A DNA stretch of 61,991 nucleotides, the filler included, from Sphacelaria rigidula (Eukaryota), in the NCBI GenBank assembly GCA_964200075.2. It is 9 parts of 9 records of this genome, joined end to end, with 100 filler letters (N's around TTAATTAATTAA, not from the genome) between each part and the next. Parts side by side here need not be neighbours in the genome. Positions count along the whole stretch, not along the records: positions 20,698 to 27,496 come from CAXNAA020018024.1; positions 27,597 to 34,395 come from CAXNAA020018025.1; 7 more parts are not named here. One strand, 5' to 3'. The notes below the pieces were generated by a model. It was not told the DNA's origin and did not search any database. It saw only the letters and a program-made list of their open reading frames with translations. Positions 21,711 to 33,300 of this stretch are shown piece by piece. The translations under genes were made by a program, and so were the position numbers. Position 1 is the stretch's first letter. Each line of letters begins with the position of its first letter.

Positions 21711-24308
21711 CTAAAACGTATCGTATGCCCGAGAAGAAGGACCAGCCACTCCTAGCTCCAACTTCACGTTCGATTTCTCCTCTACCTGTTCAACGTCCAC
21801 ATTAAACATGCCCACGCGTTCACGTGCAATGACCGGCGAACCACTAACCCGCCCAGAACTCACACCACCGCTGCCCATAACGCTACCGCAATGACCTTCG
21901 TTGGTCCAACCACTCGAACGGGCAGTCTGCTCGCGACCCTCCCTACCCCCATCGCCACCGTGTGTAGCAGAACGGACTGCTAGCTCCACTTTCATCCAAT
22001 GTCCTGGACTCGCCTCTGAAAACATTTCACCAGCCCTTGAAGCTGGGTATTCTATTCTCACAACCCGCCTGGGACCCGCGAACGCACTCCGGCGAGCACC
22101 AACGCCATCGGTTGCAACAGAGCCTGAGAATCCCGCGCGCTTCCGTTTTGTTCCTCGTACATCGGCGACGCTTCCTCCACCAACCTTTCTCGGGCTACGG
22201 AGGGGGGTGCCCTCCCCGATGTGAAGCCTCGCAGTGTCGGGCGCCGCAGCTGTATCGTGTGCAGAGATGTGTGTTCGGCAGACCGTTGCCTCGTCAACGG
22301 TTTGCCTCTCATCGACAGTCGATTTGAACCACTCCTTTTCACCGCACTTCTCGTTCACCACGATCACCATTCCTGACCTCGCATGCTTGGAGAAGAACTC
22401 CGCGTTGTTACTTTCCGCCACACCAAACGATGTCTTCGTGGAGCAGGCCTCGTAGCCGCGCTTCTCGTGCACAACATTCACCATTCCCGCACCGGCATGC
22501 TCGGAGCAGAACTCCGCCTTCTTACTTGCCGCTACAACATACGACGGCTTCGTCGAGCAGCCCACATAGCCGCAGTTCTTGTTTACGACATTCGCCATGT
22601 CCGACCTCGCATGCTTGGAGCAGAACTCCGCGTTGTTACTTCCTGCCACACCGTACAACGGAAGCGTGGAGTAGCGGTTGTAGCCGCACTTCTTGTTCAT
22701 CACATTCACCATTCCCGCCCTCGCATGCTTGGAGCAGAACTCCGCCTTCTTGCTTCCCGCTACAACATACGACGGCTGCGTGGAACAGCACTCGTGGCCG
22801 CACTTCTTGTTCACCACATCTACCATACCCAACCCCGCATGCTTGGAGCAGAACTCCGCGTTGTTACTTTCTGCCACACCATACGATGGCTTTGTGAAAC
22901 AGCTCTCGTAATCGCACTTCCTGTTTACCACATTCACCATTCCCGCCCTCGCATGCTTGGAGCAGAACTCCGCCTTCTTACTTCCCACTACACCGTACGA
23001 CGGATGCGTGGAGCAGCTCTCGTAATCGCACTTCTTGTGCACCACATCAACCATTCCCCCCCTCGCATGCTTGGAGCAGAACTCCGCCTTCTTACTTCCC
23101 GCCGGACCATACGACGGCCTTGTGGAGCAGCCTTCGTCGCCGCACTTCTTGTCCACCACATTCACCATTCCCGCCCTCGCATGCTTGGAGCAGAACTCCG
23201 CCATCTTGCTTCCTGCCACACCATACGTCGGCTTCGTGGAGCATGCCTCGTAGCCGCAATTCTTGTGCACCACATTGACCATTCCTGACCTGGCATGCTT
23301 GGAGCAGAACTCCGCGTTGTTACTTCCCGCGACACCATACGACGGCTTCTTCGAGCAGCCCTTGGAGCCGCACTTCTTGGTCACCACATTCACCATTCCC
23401 GCCCTCGCATGCTTGGAGCAGAACTCCGCCTTCTTGCTTCCCGCTACACCGTACGACGGATGCATGGAGCAGCTCTCGTAGCCGCACTTCTTGTGCGCCA
23501 CATCAACCATTCCCGCCGTGACATGCTTGGAGCAGAACTCCGCCCTCTTACTTCCCGCTACACCATACGACGGCTTCGTCGAGCAGCCCTCATAGCCGCA
23601 CTTCTTGTCCACCACATTCACCATGCCCGACACCGCGTGCTTGAAGCAAAACTCCGCCATCTTGCTTCCTGCCACACCATACGACGGCTTCGTGGAGCAT
23701 GCCTCGTAGCCGCAATTCTTGTCCACCACATTCACCATTCCTGACCTGGCATGCTTGGAGCAGAACTCCCCCTTCTTGCTTCCCGCCACACCATACGACG
23801 GCTTCGTCCAGCAGCCCTCGTGGCCGCACTTCTTGGTCACCACATCCACCATTTCCAACCTTGCATGCTTGGAGCAGAACTCCGCCTTCTTACTTCCCGC
23901 CACACCATACGACGGCTTCTTCGAGCAGCCCTCATAGCCGCACTTCTTGTGCACCACATCCACCATTCCCGCCCTGACATGCTTGGAGCAGAACTCCGCC
24001 TTCTTACTTCCCGCTACACCATACGACGGCTTCGTCGAGCAGCCCTCATGACCGCACTTCTTTTTTACCACATTCACCATGCCCGACCTCGCATGCTTGG
24101 AGCAGAACTCTGCCTTCTTGCTTCCCGCCACACCATACGACGGAAGCGAGGAGCAGGCCTCGTAGCCGCAATTTTTGTCCACCACATTCACCATTCCTGA
24201 CCTGGCATGCTTGGAGCAGAACTCCCCCTTCTTGCTTCCCGCCACACCATACGACGGCCGTGTGAAGCAGCCCTCGTGGCCGCACTTCTTGTTCGCCATA
24301 TCCACCAT
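21711..24308 (-). CDS. EsV-1-7 repeat (C-x4-C-x16-C-x2-H) protein, 865 aa ORF
   Basis: 17 full-length tandem 38-aa units, e.g. KKCGHEGCSTKPSYGVAGSKKAEFCSKHVRAGMVDVVH, then one degenerate unit and a tail of about 190 aa. The spacing matches the EsV-1-7 cysteine-rich repeat family known from brown algae and their virus. No introns in the ORF. Confidence 0.9.
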   Translation of the reverse strand: MVDMANKKCGHEGCFTRPSYGVAGSKKGEFCSKHARSGMVNVVDKNCGYEACSSLPSYGVAGSKKAEFCSKHARSGMVNVVKKKCGHEGCSTKPSYGVAGSKKAEFCSKHVRAGMVDVVHKKCGYEGCSKKPSYGVAGSKKAEFCSKHARLEMVDVVTKKCGHEGCWTKPSYGVAGSKKGEFCSKHARSGMVNVVDKNCGYEACSTKPSYGVAGSKMAEFCFKHAVSGMVNVVDKKCGYEGCSTKPSYGVAGSKRAEFCSKHVTAGMVDVAHKKCGYESCSMHPSYGVAGSKKAEFCSKHARAGMVNVVTKKCGSKGCSKKPSYGVAGSNNAEFCSKHARSGMVNVVHKNCGYEACSTKPTYGVAGSKMAEFCSKHARAGMVNVVDKKCGDEGCSTRPSYGPAGSKKAEFCSKHARGGMVDVVHKKCDYESCSTHPSYGVVGSKKAEFCSKHARAGMVNVVNRKCDYESCFTKPSYGVAESNNAEFCSKHAGLGMVDVVNKKCGHECCSTQPSYVVAGSKKAEFCSKHARAGMVNVMNKKCGYNRYSTLPLYGVAGSNNAEFCSKHARSDMANVVNKNCGYVGCSTKPSYVVAASKKAEFCSEHAGAGMVNVVHEKRGYEACSTKTSFGVAESNNAEFFSKHARSGMVIVVNEKCGEKEWFKSTVDERQTVDEATVCRTHISAHDTAAAPDTARLHIGEGTPLRSPRKVGGGSVADVRGTKRKRAGFSGSVATDGVGARRSAFAGPRRVVRIEYPASRAGEMFSEASPGHWMKVELAVRSATHGGDGGREGREQTARSSGWTNEGHCGSVMGSGGVSSGRVSGSPVIARERVGMFNVDVEQVEEKSNVKLELGVAGPSSRAYDTF

Positions 24309-24520
24309 TTCCGCCCTCGCATGCTTGGATCAGAACCCGGCCCTGTTACTCCCCGCTACACCATACAACGGCTGCGTGGAGCAGCCCTCGTCGCTGCACT
24401 TCTTGTTCATCACATTCACCATACCCGACCTCGCATGCTTGGAGCAGAACTCCGCCTGGTAGACCTGTACACCGCGAGGTGGCGGCTTGGAGCAGCCTAG
24501 TGTAATGCACACTTTCTGGC
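22353..24520 (-). repeat. 114-bp coding tandem repeat array
   Basis: gcatgcttggagcagaactcc recurs every 114 bp. Confidence 0.97.
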
Positions 24521-24532
24521 TACGTCTACCAT
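24309..24532 (-). pseudogene. Decayed 5' extension of the EsV-1-7 array (2 further repeats)
   Basis: In-frame TGA at 24332-24330 replaces the conserved Cys (F*SKH). An upstream ATG at 24532 reads MVDVA but is out of frame by 1 nt with KVCITLGC. Confidence 0.65.
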
Positions 24533-27196
24533 GGGGTCCTTCGTGTCGTGCTCCCTTGAAAACTATCTGCTCACGGAAGCACAAATACCAAGAGGGCAGA
24601 AAATACGTTGTACGCCGCGGGTGAGAGTGAGCTGAAACGCCTCGAGGAAAAGTGGTGTTGCTTTGACGGCACATGCTCCGGGAAAAATGTAGCCGCCTGC
24701 AGTCAACGCCAACGGCGCTCTATATATAGCTGACCACGGCAATAACAAAGATACTCGCGAAATGATTCCAAGGAATGGAACGTTCTCTACACAATTGCGG
24801 AAGGGATCGGGAGCGGATTGAGTTATAGTAGAAGACAATAGCAGGATGGTCATTGCACAAAACATGTGAGCCACAACGCCAATGCTGAAGCATGCTCAGC
24901 CCTATCAAAGATATCTGACATTGATATATTCGATACTACAAAACCCAAGGTTTGTACGTCAGACGGGACGAGCCAGTGAAAAATCTTCGTTCAAATCAAA
25001 GAACCAGACAACATCACCTGAAGACTCAGCGATCGCTATGCATCACATACGCAATACACGTGGGTAAGCATAGAACGGGCGCGTGTGGTGAGGGGTGACC
25101 AGCTTTTGTGATAAACAACGTCTGCAAAAATGCACGGGTCATACATGACTCAAGTCACGGCGACTTTGACCTCTTGGACGGGACGACTCCAAAGCGGACG
25201 TGTATCTAATGTACCGCAGGTGCTATTGCGGGGGCTCTGTAAGCCGCTACGGCTCTCCAAGCCGCTACAGAGTATCAGCTGCTGATCTGTGTTGCGAACT
25301 CCGACAAACCAATGACACAGAACGACGTTTGTATAGAAACCGAATCCAAGTCACACCGGCAAGGATGTGCTGAAAGGTTGTCGATCGAGGCAGCTGTGGC
25401 AAAACCTGAGTCGGTGAGCGAAAATCTACCCAGGTAGTTCTGTGCTGTCAGCATCAATCTGTGGCCTCCGTGAAAGTTTTAGCAGTGTTCGATTTGTGCA
25501 ACAGTTGCGTCCGTTCCTTGCACAACTCGTGGTTTCTGTCAGAATGTTGAAAGACTTGCCACTGTGGTGGAGAGCAGAACTGAAACAAAAACTATACAGT
25601 GAGGTTGAATCACGAGTATTACAGCGGCGAGATCTTTTATCATCATTTCGATACACACTCCATATGCCACCATATGCTACATCAACGCCGAGACGCACTG
25701 CAGAAACAAGGTCTTTACCGGTACCGGCAGGCGAAGGTTTAGCAGGTCCGCGCCGGCGTGCCAAGGCATCTCTGGGTGCATGGTTTGCGCCAGCTTCTTG
25801 TTTTTACCTTTCCTCTGGATTCATGGTTGCAGAAATTGGCGGCAGTGTTCCAAACACCGTCGGCAAGTGCATTGCAGCCACAAGAGTACCCTGGATGGAC
25901 AAAGCAACTTTGAGATTCACTACCGGAACCCGGTCGGTGCGTCGGCGGTGTGATGTCCAAAAACGCTTCATCAGCTGTGCTGTGGCGTGGACAGGAAGTA
26001 TTTGGTCCCCGCAACTCCTATGCGTTAATATCAAAGATGATTCCTGGTTGTATAAAACAGGTTTTACAAGAGCTTGCGTACACAACGGCACAAACCGTTC
26101 ATCTTCGGGATGATACGAATCCGCCGCTTAGCTGTGCGGTGTCGTGGGTATCGGTGGTGTTCATAAGCGGCATTGATAAGCCTACACATCATAGCCACAT
26201 ACATTGTGCTTGACGGAGTACTATATGACGTCGGCGCGTGTATGCTGTGCTGCTGATTAACTGAAATTAACGGAAATGTACATACTGACAGTATAGTATT
26301 GAGTACGCAACATTCAAGTACGCGGTACGGTAGTCACAGAGCAACGCACGCTATCTGCGCAGCAAGCGCAAGACCGAAAAGCGTGAAACAACTACTTCAC
26401 ACACTGCAGCATTGACAGTTGGACTGGCGGCATTGCGTTGGTCACGGTTACTAGTGAAGCGTGCGCTCCGTTATTTCACCGAGGAAGCGAATACAAAGAA
26501 CATACTAATCCATGCTGCATGCTGTACCCACATATACGACAGGGCAGAATAATATCTTCCCGCATCAGATACTCGGGCAAGTTGTTCTGGACTTGTGAAT
26601 ATCTGACTACTTCCTCATCTCTCCTGTGTGTTGTATTCGGCGACTAGGGATAGGAAAAGGGTACCATGTGGGCTGGACAGCGGTTCACTCCAACACTTCT
26701 TACGAAAACACAAAAGGGCAACAGACGAAAGTGGATCGACCCACCCCCTTTTCAACCGAAATTAGATAGTGGCAAAAAGACAGGTACGGGCTCTGTCCGT
26801 GCTCCTCGTTAATAAAGCAACATCTCATCCTAAAGAAATAGAGACGCGACCATGACCAAGGCAAGGCACGTCAGTCGACTTTCACGAACTGTCGGGCGCG
26901 TCTATGGGCCAAATAGTGCCGCGGGCAACAAGGACTGCGCAGGAGCCCCTCTCTTGTCCGAAAACGGGATGAGGTTACCCATTGCCACCTGATGCCCCCC
27001 CCCCCCGCCTTCCCCACTGCAAGGCACCAGACCCCCAACAAGAACTAGGATTGGCACGTCCCAGTACGTTCACTACATCCCACGAATACACTCGAAACGA
27101 ACAAGCTGAAAATTCTCTCGAAAGAGATGGAGAGACGGAAAGGAAGGGCGGCGGATGGAGAAGTAAAGAGTGGACGGGTAGAGTACTAGTAGTGCC

Positions 27197-27278
27197 GCAC
27201 CCCGGTGGTGTAATCGTCCGACTGTCGCCATCAGGGTGGAGAGAACGAGGGTTCGATTCCCGATGCGTCGGGTTTTTT
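27197..27278 (+). repeat. tRNA-derived (SINE-like) head
   Basis: A-box-like tggtgtaatcg, B-box ggttcgattccc, then a T-run. I cannot fold a proper anticodon arm. Confidence 0.55.
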
Positions 27279-27705
27279 CATCGTTATGTCTGATTTTTAC
27301 CGTGGAAAGCGTAAGAACGTGAGTAAACAGTAGTCGACTGAGTTTGTTTGACATGAGTTGACGCGGTGCGGGGGTGCTGATAGTTATGACCCAATCCGCG
27401 AGACCAAAATCCAAGGCATGTACCGGGGGGGAGACGGGTTGATACCTTGAGACCAAGAACTCATCCGGGGGAGGGGGAGGGGGGATTCAAAGTTGCNNNN
27501 NNNNNNNNNNNNNNNNNNNNNNNNNNNNNNNNNNNNNNNNTTAATTAATTAANNNNNNNNNNNNNNNNNNNNNNNNNNNNNNNNNNNNNNNNNNNNGGCT
27601 ATACCCCACCCTTTTTCTTTTTGGGCCAATTTTTTACTGAGGGTTTCTCTCCTTGGGGTCAATTTTTCACCAGAGGTTTTCTCTCCTTTTTTTTCTTCAA
27701 AGAAA

Positions 27706-27786
27706 GTACGTCCGACGGGATTCGAACCAGCGACTAACTTTTGTGACGGTTTAAGAGACAACCAACTAGACTACTGACGAGTCAGC
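27706..27786 (-). repeat. tRNA-derived (SINE-like) head
   Basis: Minus strand reads gtagtctagttggtt...gctggttcgaatcccgtcggacgtac, giving A and B boxes. Confidence 0.6.
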
Positions 27787-27831
27787 GCTGACTCGTCAGT
27801 AGTCTAGTTGGTTGTCTCTTAAACCGTCACA
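27742..27831. repeat. Perfect 90-bp palindrome with no spacer
   Basis: 27742-27786 is the exact reverse complement of 27787-27831, centred on agc|gct. Confidence 0.95.
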
Positions 27832-30370
27832 GCTCGCTAATTACGATATGCTTCTCACGAATATGTCTGTATGCATGCGTGCGGTATGATGTATGGGTAA
27901 ACCACCGTATATGTTTCGAATCCACGACCACCGTCACTAGCGAATTCGTACGAGTCTCTCGATTGGCCACCCAACTGCCCCAAGGCCGCGAACGCGCAGC
28001 TCAACGATGATGACAGAAACAAATAATCCACTGAAAAAATGCCCACATATGTCGTCAGCACTGCATGACAATCGTATAGGAGATTGCCCTATGCCCAGGG
28101 CGCTTCTAATTTCAATTCATTCCGGTGTTTGTGACGTTGCGGTCTCGGATTGCGGCGGCGGAACCGGAGTGGTCTCGGCTGGTGTCATGAGTACGCATGT
28201 TAGTCTGTTATCATACCGCCTCAGGCCCGTTGATGGGTCCGGCTTTATATTTGCAATTAGGGTATCCTAAGACCTAAGACTGCAGGTCTGTTCAGAGTTG
28301 GTCAGGTACGAGTATGAACTTGTATATGGTAGAAATGGTGACGGCTAGGTTTGATATGGCACAAATTGAGCCCCATCCATCCCCCTACTAGAACACTACC
28401 ATCTACTGCCCTCTCTCAGCGAGAAGTCTACCACTGGTGAGACTGATATACTGAGCGTGAGGTTGGATTGATTGAGTAGATGCTGGAAGGTCGAGACCAG
28501 GCAATAAAGAAGGAAGATACAACTTACGCGTGAGATACTTGTTTACTTGAACACGTCTGTGTGACACGGTGCTTTGTCCTTTGGCCTGGCCGTTCAGTTC
28601 TGAGGACTGAGTCCCTTGCCTTGCCTAGTGAGCCTGTGCTTACTATAACAGCACCGCAACCTCATTACATTTGGCGCTTGACTAAGGAGTCTCTTCTTTT
28701 GCAATTGCGTTTCACTTCTTGGCCCGATTTGCATCCCGCTTGTCGAGCTGCACGCGCGTAGCTCTTGTTGACCAGACTTTCTCCTTGTGGTTTTCGATAC
28801 AAGGAGTCAAATCTATCTCGTTGCCACACAGCCTGATAGTCAGCTCTTAGTTACTGTACAACTTTCCCCCTGTGTGTTGCACCACGATAGTACTCGTGAC
28901 TCGCGACTCGTCCTGCTTGCTGCTTGCTGCAGCGCTTGACTGCACACCTTGTGCCACGCAAGATCAACGCGCATCGCACGCCAGCTCCGCCTTGCAGTGG
29001 TTTTGCGTACTTCGTGACATACACACCCGCACGTTGCACTTGGTACGTGCTGCCTGCACAACGTAACCTCTCCCGGTCGTTCAGTACAGCACAGTCACAC
29101 GCCCAGCCATTCCTGGCTCGCATATTTGGTCTCGTTGCCCCCTCATTTCTGACAGGACAACTTTTCTACTACAGGTTTGTTACAGAACAACGCTGCACAG
29201 GGTGCATCGTTGCTCACAGTCACCTGCTGTTTCTGACTTAAGCCTCGGCCAAGCCAGCCATCTGCCGCTCTTACATTTCAGTATCGATAGTACACGCCTG
29301 TTGCATCTTTTGTTCACGGGTCGTTGGGTAATACAACCCGTGCTTCCCCAACACGTGACCACGGACATCTGTACACGAGATTTGTACCCGTTGTGGCACT
29401 TCCACTGCGTCGCGATATTATCACTCGTAGCTAGTTCGTTGTTGTTCTCTTCTAGTGTACTCCGCACATCTGTAGAGCAGCGCTATACATAATCATGGTA
29501 ATTAACGATACACAGCCCAACGGATTGTGAAGTTTTCTCATTGTCCTCCTCTCGGCCAAAGGAATAATTAACTGTTGCGAGACCGTTTCGTCGCGATAAT
29601 ACTCGCTTGTAACATCCCAGACCTGCGTTACGTACTCACTTGAAGAACACGGCACTCAAAACGAGTGTCCCTTGGCTGTGTCCCACCTTTTCGGAACACG
29701 CCCTCAGCGTTGCCTTTGCTGCGCACTACTTCAACTTTGTTTCATATACGTACGTTGCCCCAACTTCGTTGTGTAACAAGCCTTTGTGCTGCACTACACA
29801 GCCCGATCTTACGGTCTCCATCTCAAGCTTTATAGAAGCTTTTGTGCTACCCTACGCCGCACGACCCTTCGGTGCTCATCTGCATGTTGTTTTCTGAACA
29901 CCGCCAGTCGTTTCTCAGCTTGCGCCGGGATAATACAGTTACCGTCTGCCCTCGACGCCGCCACCGGAGCACGTGTAAGTTGTACTACGTTCAGGTACCA
30001 AGCGCTAATACAGCCAAACGGATTTGTGCATTTTTCGACACCGTGCGTCTGTTCTGTGCGCGATCGCGAGCTCCCGTTGCTAGCTATCACCGCTTCGACT
30101 TCGATAGTTGTACTAGACCACACCTCCGACCTTGTTACGCACAGCAATTAGCTTGACTAACAATACTCGAGTTCATCAGGTTCCCATCGAGGGTCTCTCC
30201 AGGCGCTATTACGCTTCATTATCCCGTAATTCTTTGTACAAGCTTCGGCCATTGCACCTGGCATTGCTTGGCGTCACGCTCTTTTGATTAGAGCCCGACG
30301 ACAACTCACTGCTCCCACATTTGCTAAGCCCACAAGTTGAGTACGACAATCATGTCGCACAGAAATAACG

Positions 30371-33300
30371 TTGGCTCTTCCCCTCAATTGGGAAACCGAC
30401 CGCTTCGCCGGATACGGAGCCAAACCACTGGTGTTTTCGAAGTCTTTTCATATGAGTATCGCGTCACCTTCGACTACTCGACGCACGTACGCGAGCGCTG
30501 TTCGATCTTCGGGATGTGAAAAGCAATCTTCCAGCGATGCTCGTTTTTGGGGGCTTCAAGAAACGACTATGACGCCGCGACCTGTTCTCTCCAGTACCGA
30601 TTCGGACTCAGAGAACAGGACTGTACCAACGGCCGAGTCATTGGCTCCTGACAAACATGCCAGTGAACCCATGACGGTGGATTCCGTAGCACCCCTCTCG
30701 CTGCGGCCTGTTCTTCCGAATCCCAATGTGGAATCCGAAGACAGGGTTGTGCCCCCAGCCGAGTCGTTGCCCCTGGACACACGTGTCCAGCTTGGCCCTG
30801 TAACGGTTGCTTCAACCGTGGCACCCCGTCAAACGACGGTTGACAACTCTCGCGACGACTCAATCCCGACGAAGCGTATCGTTTCTGGAGCAAGAGATTT
30901 TGTCACGCGGGTTGCTCCCGTTACGGACCCCAATCGCACGACTCTCGGCAGTCCAATGCGCTCTGCTACGCAGTCCAATGTCGGACCAGCAGTCGCGGCC
31001 ATACATTTTGCCCGGCGGGAGATGCATCGCTCTTCATCGGCGTCGGCGCACACGCCAGTCTCAGCTCTAATCGAGGCATTCACGGCTTATGCCAGGCCGC
31101 GCTCCAAGACCAATCGGCGTCTGCTCAAGTGCCATTCAACGGTGATTCTGCACCCCCATGCCCAAACCCGTACGTTTGGCGCCCCGACCGGTGACATCGG
31201 GTTCTCCGTTCGTCTCCCATGAGAAATCTAACGAACAGGAGTCCAGCCCCTTCTCCACGTCAAACCAAAGTCTTACTCGCGCTCCTGAACGGCACCGCAC
31301 ACCGACAGTTGGTCACGACCACGTCGCCCGTGCTGGCAGTTACAAGGACAACTCCCGGAACAGCTTGAATTCATCGCGCGTTTCACACGCCCGACGAATG
31401 TCGCTCATGGTCGCACATATGAAGGTAGTTCACGCAATAGTTCCAATTCATCGCGCGCTCCGAAGCGCCCGATGAATGCCGACCGTGACCGTACTCACGA
31501 GGGTAATTCGCGGCATAGATCAAGTTCATCGCGCGTTCACCCGCGCTCGAAGAACACCGATTATGCAAACTCGCGCACCCCCCCTGCTCCGCATCAGTCA
31601 CGCCGCCGTCATTTACGCAATGATAGTACTGTACATGCTGACGACATCCAGAATATATTTTCGGACATGTCACCGGCTCTCGAATCCTCAATTCAGGGGT
31701 CCAGCCGCAACTAATCGTACAACCGACCACCCCGCAATGACCGCGATCCCCCGTCCCGCTCTGATGCTGCGACTATTCGCTCCCTAAAACAACGACTGGC
31801 AGATCTCGAGCGAGAACTGACAGAGTCCAGAATGGAGAACAAGGGAGTCATCACCGCCAAGACCGTTAGGGAACATACAGAAGTTGCCGCCACTGCTGCT
31901 GCTGCCACCACTGCCGCTGCCGCCCCTGCTGCCATGGCCGCTACGCCTCCTGCCACGACCACTACAGTCACGGCTCCAACGACCGTTGCCGCCCCGTATG
32001 CCGTCGATACAGACGCTGATAGTGGCCCAACCACTGGTCCTGTCATGGATGCCCCCGTGCCCCCGCCCCCAGTCTGTAGACAATCTCCCTCTGCTCGGCG
32101 AAGAGCACCGCCCAACCAGCCTGCTCTTGAGGCTGTTTAGGAACCGCCCCAGTGCGGAACAGTTGAGGTTCATCGAAAATTATGCCTCGCAAGCGCCAGC
32201 GCTCCCAAGGACAGAATCGAGCAACAACGGGAGGCCGACGCCGCTGCTGCACGCCTCCTGGCTGAAGAACACGCGGACAAGCACAGAGACCTGCAGCGAC
32301 AGGCTTCACGCGCTCAGACCACGAATTCCGCGGCTCAACGCGCCCTGGAGGAGGGTCGCACTGCTGCTATGGCGGCCCAGAGGCGCGTAAGGGACCTCGA
32401 GGACCATGTCGGACGGGCCTCCCACGAAGCGTCCACGTCGGTGGCCCGCCTGACCAACCACCAGGCCTCTCCGCCGTCCACCGACAACCCGCTTAGTGGT
32501 TGCTCTTCCCGCCAGCCCACGACAGACACGTCGACGTACGTTATTCCACGTTAATCCGACCAACCGTCGCATGCTACGGGCGCTACCGTCCCCAAGACGG
32601 CCCCAACACCCCCGCTTCGTGCAGCTAGCTCGGCGGCCAATGCCGGCCCGACACCAGGCCTGCAACTCGCGCCCCACGAACGAACGTAGCTTTCTCGTTC
32701 CGCGGCCAATCATACCGTCGCGTTCCCCCGGAACAATTACCTACGCTGTTCCCGCCAAGCTTGGAACTTGGTATCACAATACCTTCACCACGTTATTGGT
32801 CTTTACGTGGACCAGGGGGGATTCTTCCCCGACAACGGCGTACCGTCCCTCACCTTGAGCCAAATTGTTCTGCATATGGCCATCGGCGACAACCCTGCTC
32901 ACCAGCATTACGTCGAAACTGTCACCGATCTTCTTGCGGCACTACGTGCCGCTTACCCCTCTGATCTCGGCGCCACCACCGCCGACAATGACGAGGATGA
33001 GGATGGTTGGACTCCCATGAGTGTCAACTGCAGAGGCAAAAACAAGAACTGCCTGCGGGATGACGACGACAACGGTGGAGGAGGCCCACGCCGCCGCCAT
33101 GGCGGCAGAGGATCCTCGGGCGGTTCCGGATCGAAGCGCCCGGTCCGCAATAACCGTGGCCCGACCGGGAAGAAAATAGGAGGCAATTCTTCCGGATCTT
33201 CCGCGCCAGGTTGGAACCGGTCTAGCACAGACCTGCCCCCCTCGGGTTCGGTGACACCCAGGCAAGTGATACCTAAGTTGGTCGATGTTTCGGGTCGCAT

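Noticed and set aside
22383..24500. Repetitive plus-strand ORFs (MLGAELR..., LACLEQNS...)
   Set aside because: Antisense shadows of the EsV-1-7 ORF, broken by stops.
22353..24520. CRISPR-like regularly spaced repeat
   Set aside because: The whole 114-bp unit is conserved and in frame with no unique spacers and no cas genes. It is a coding repeat.
25442..26113. 223-aa plus-strand ORF and overlapping minus-strand ORFs
   Set aside because: No recognisable domain or consistent splice structure.
26479..26623. Possible minus-strand exon (acacacag|...|gtgaa) upstream of the EsV-1-7 gene
   Set aside because: Open frame and plausible splice sites, but no homology to support it.
27197..27278. Functional tRNA gene
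   Set aside because: A and B boxes are present but I cannot form acceptor and anticodon stems. The same applies to 27706-27786 and 55021-55092.
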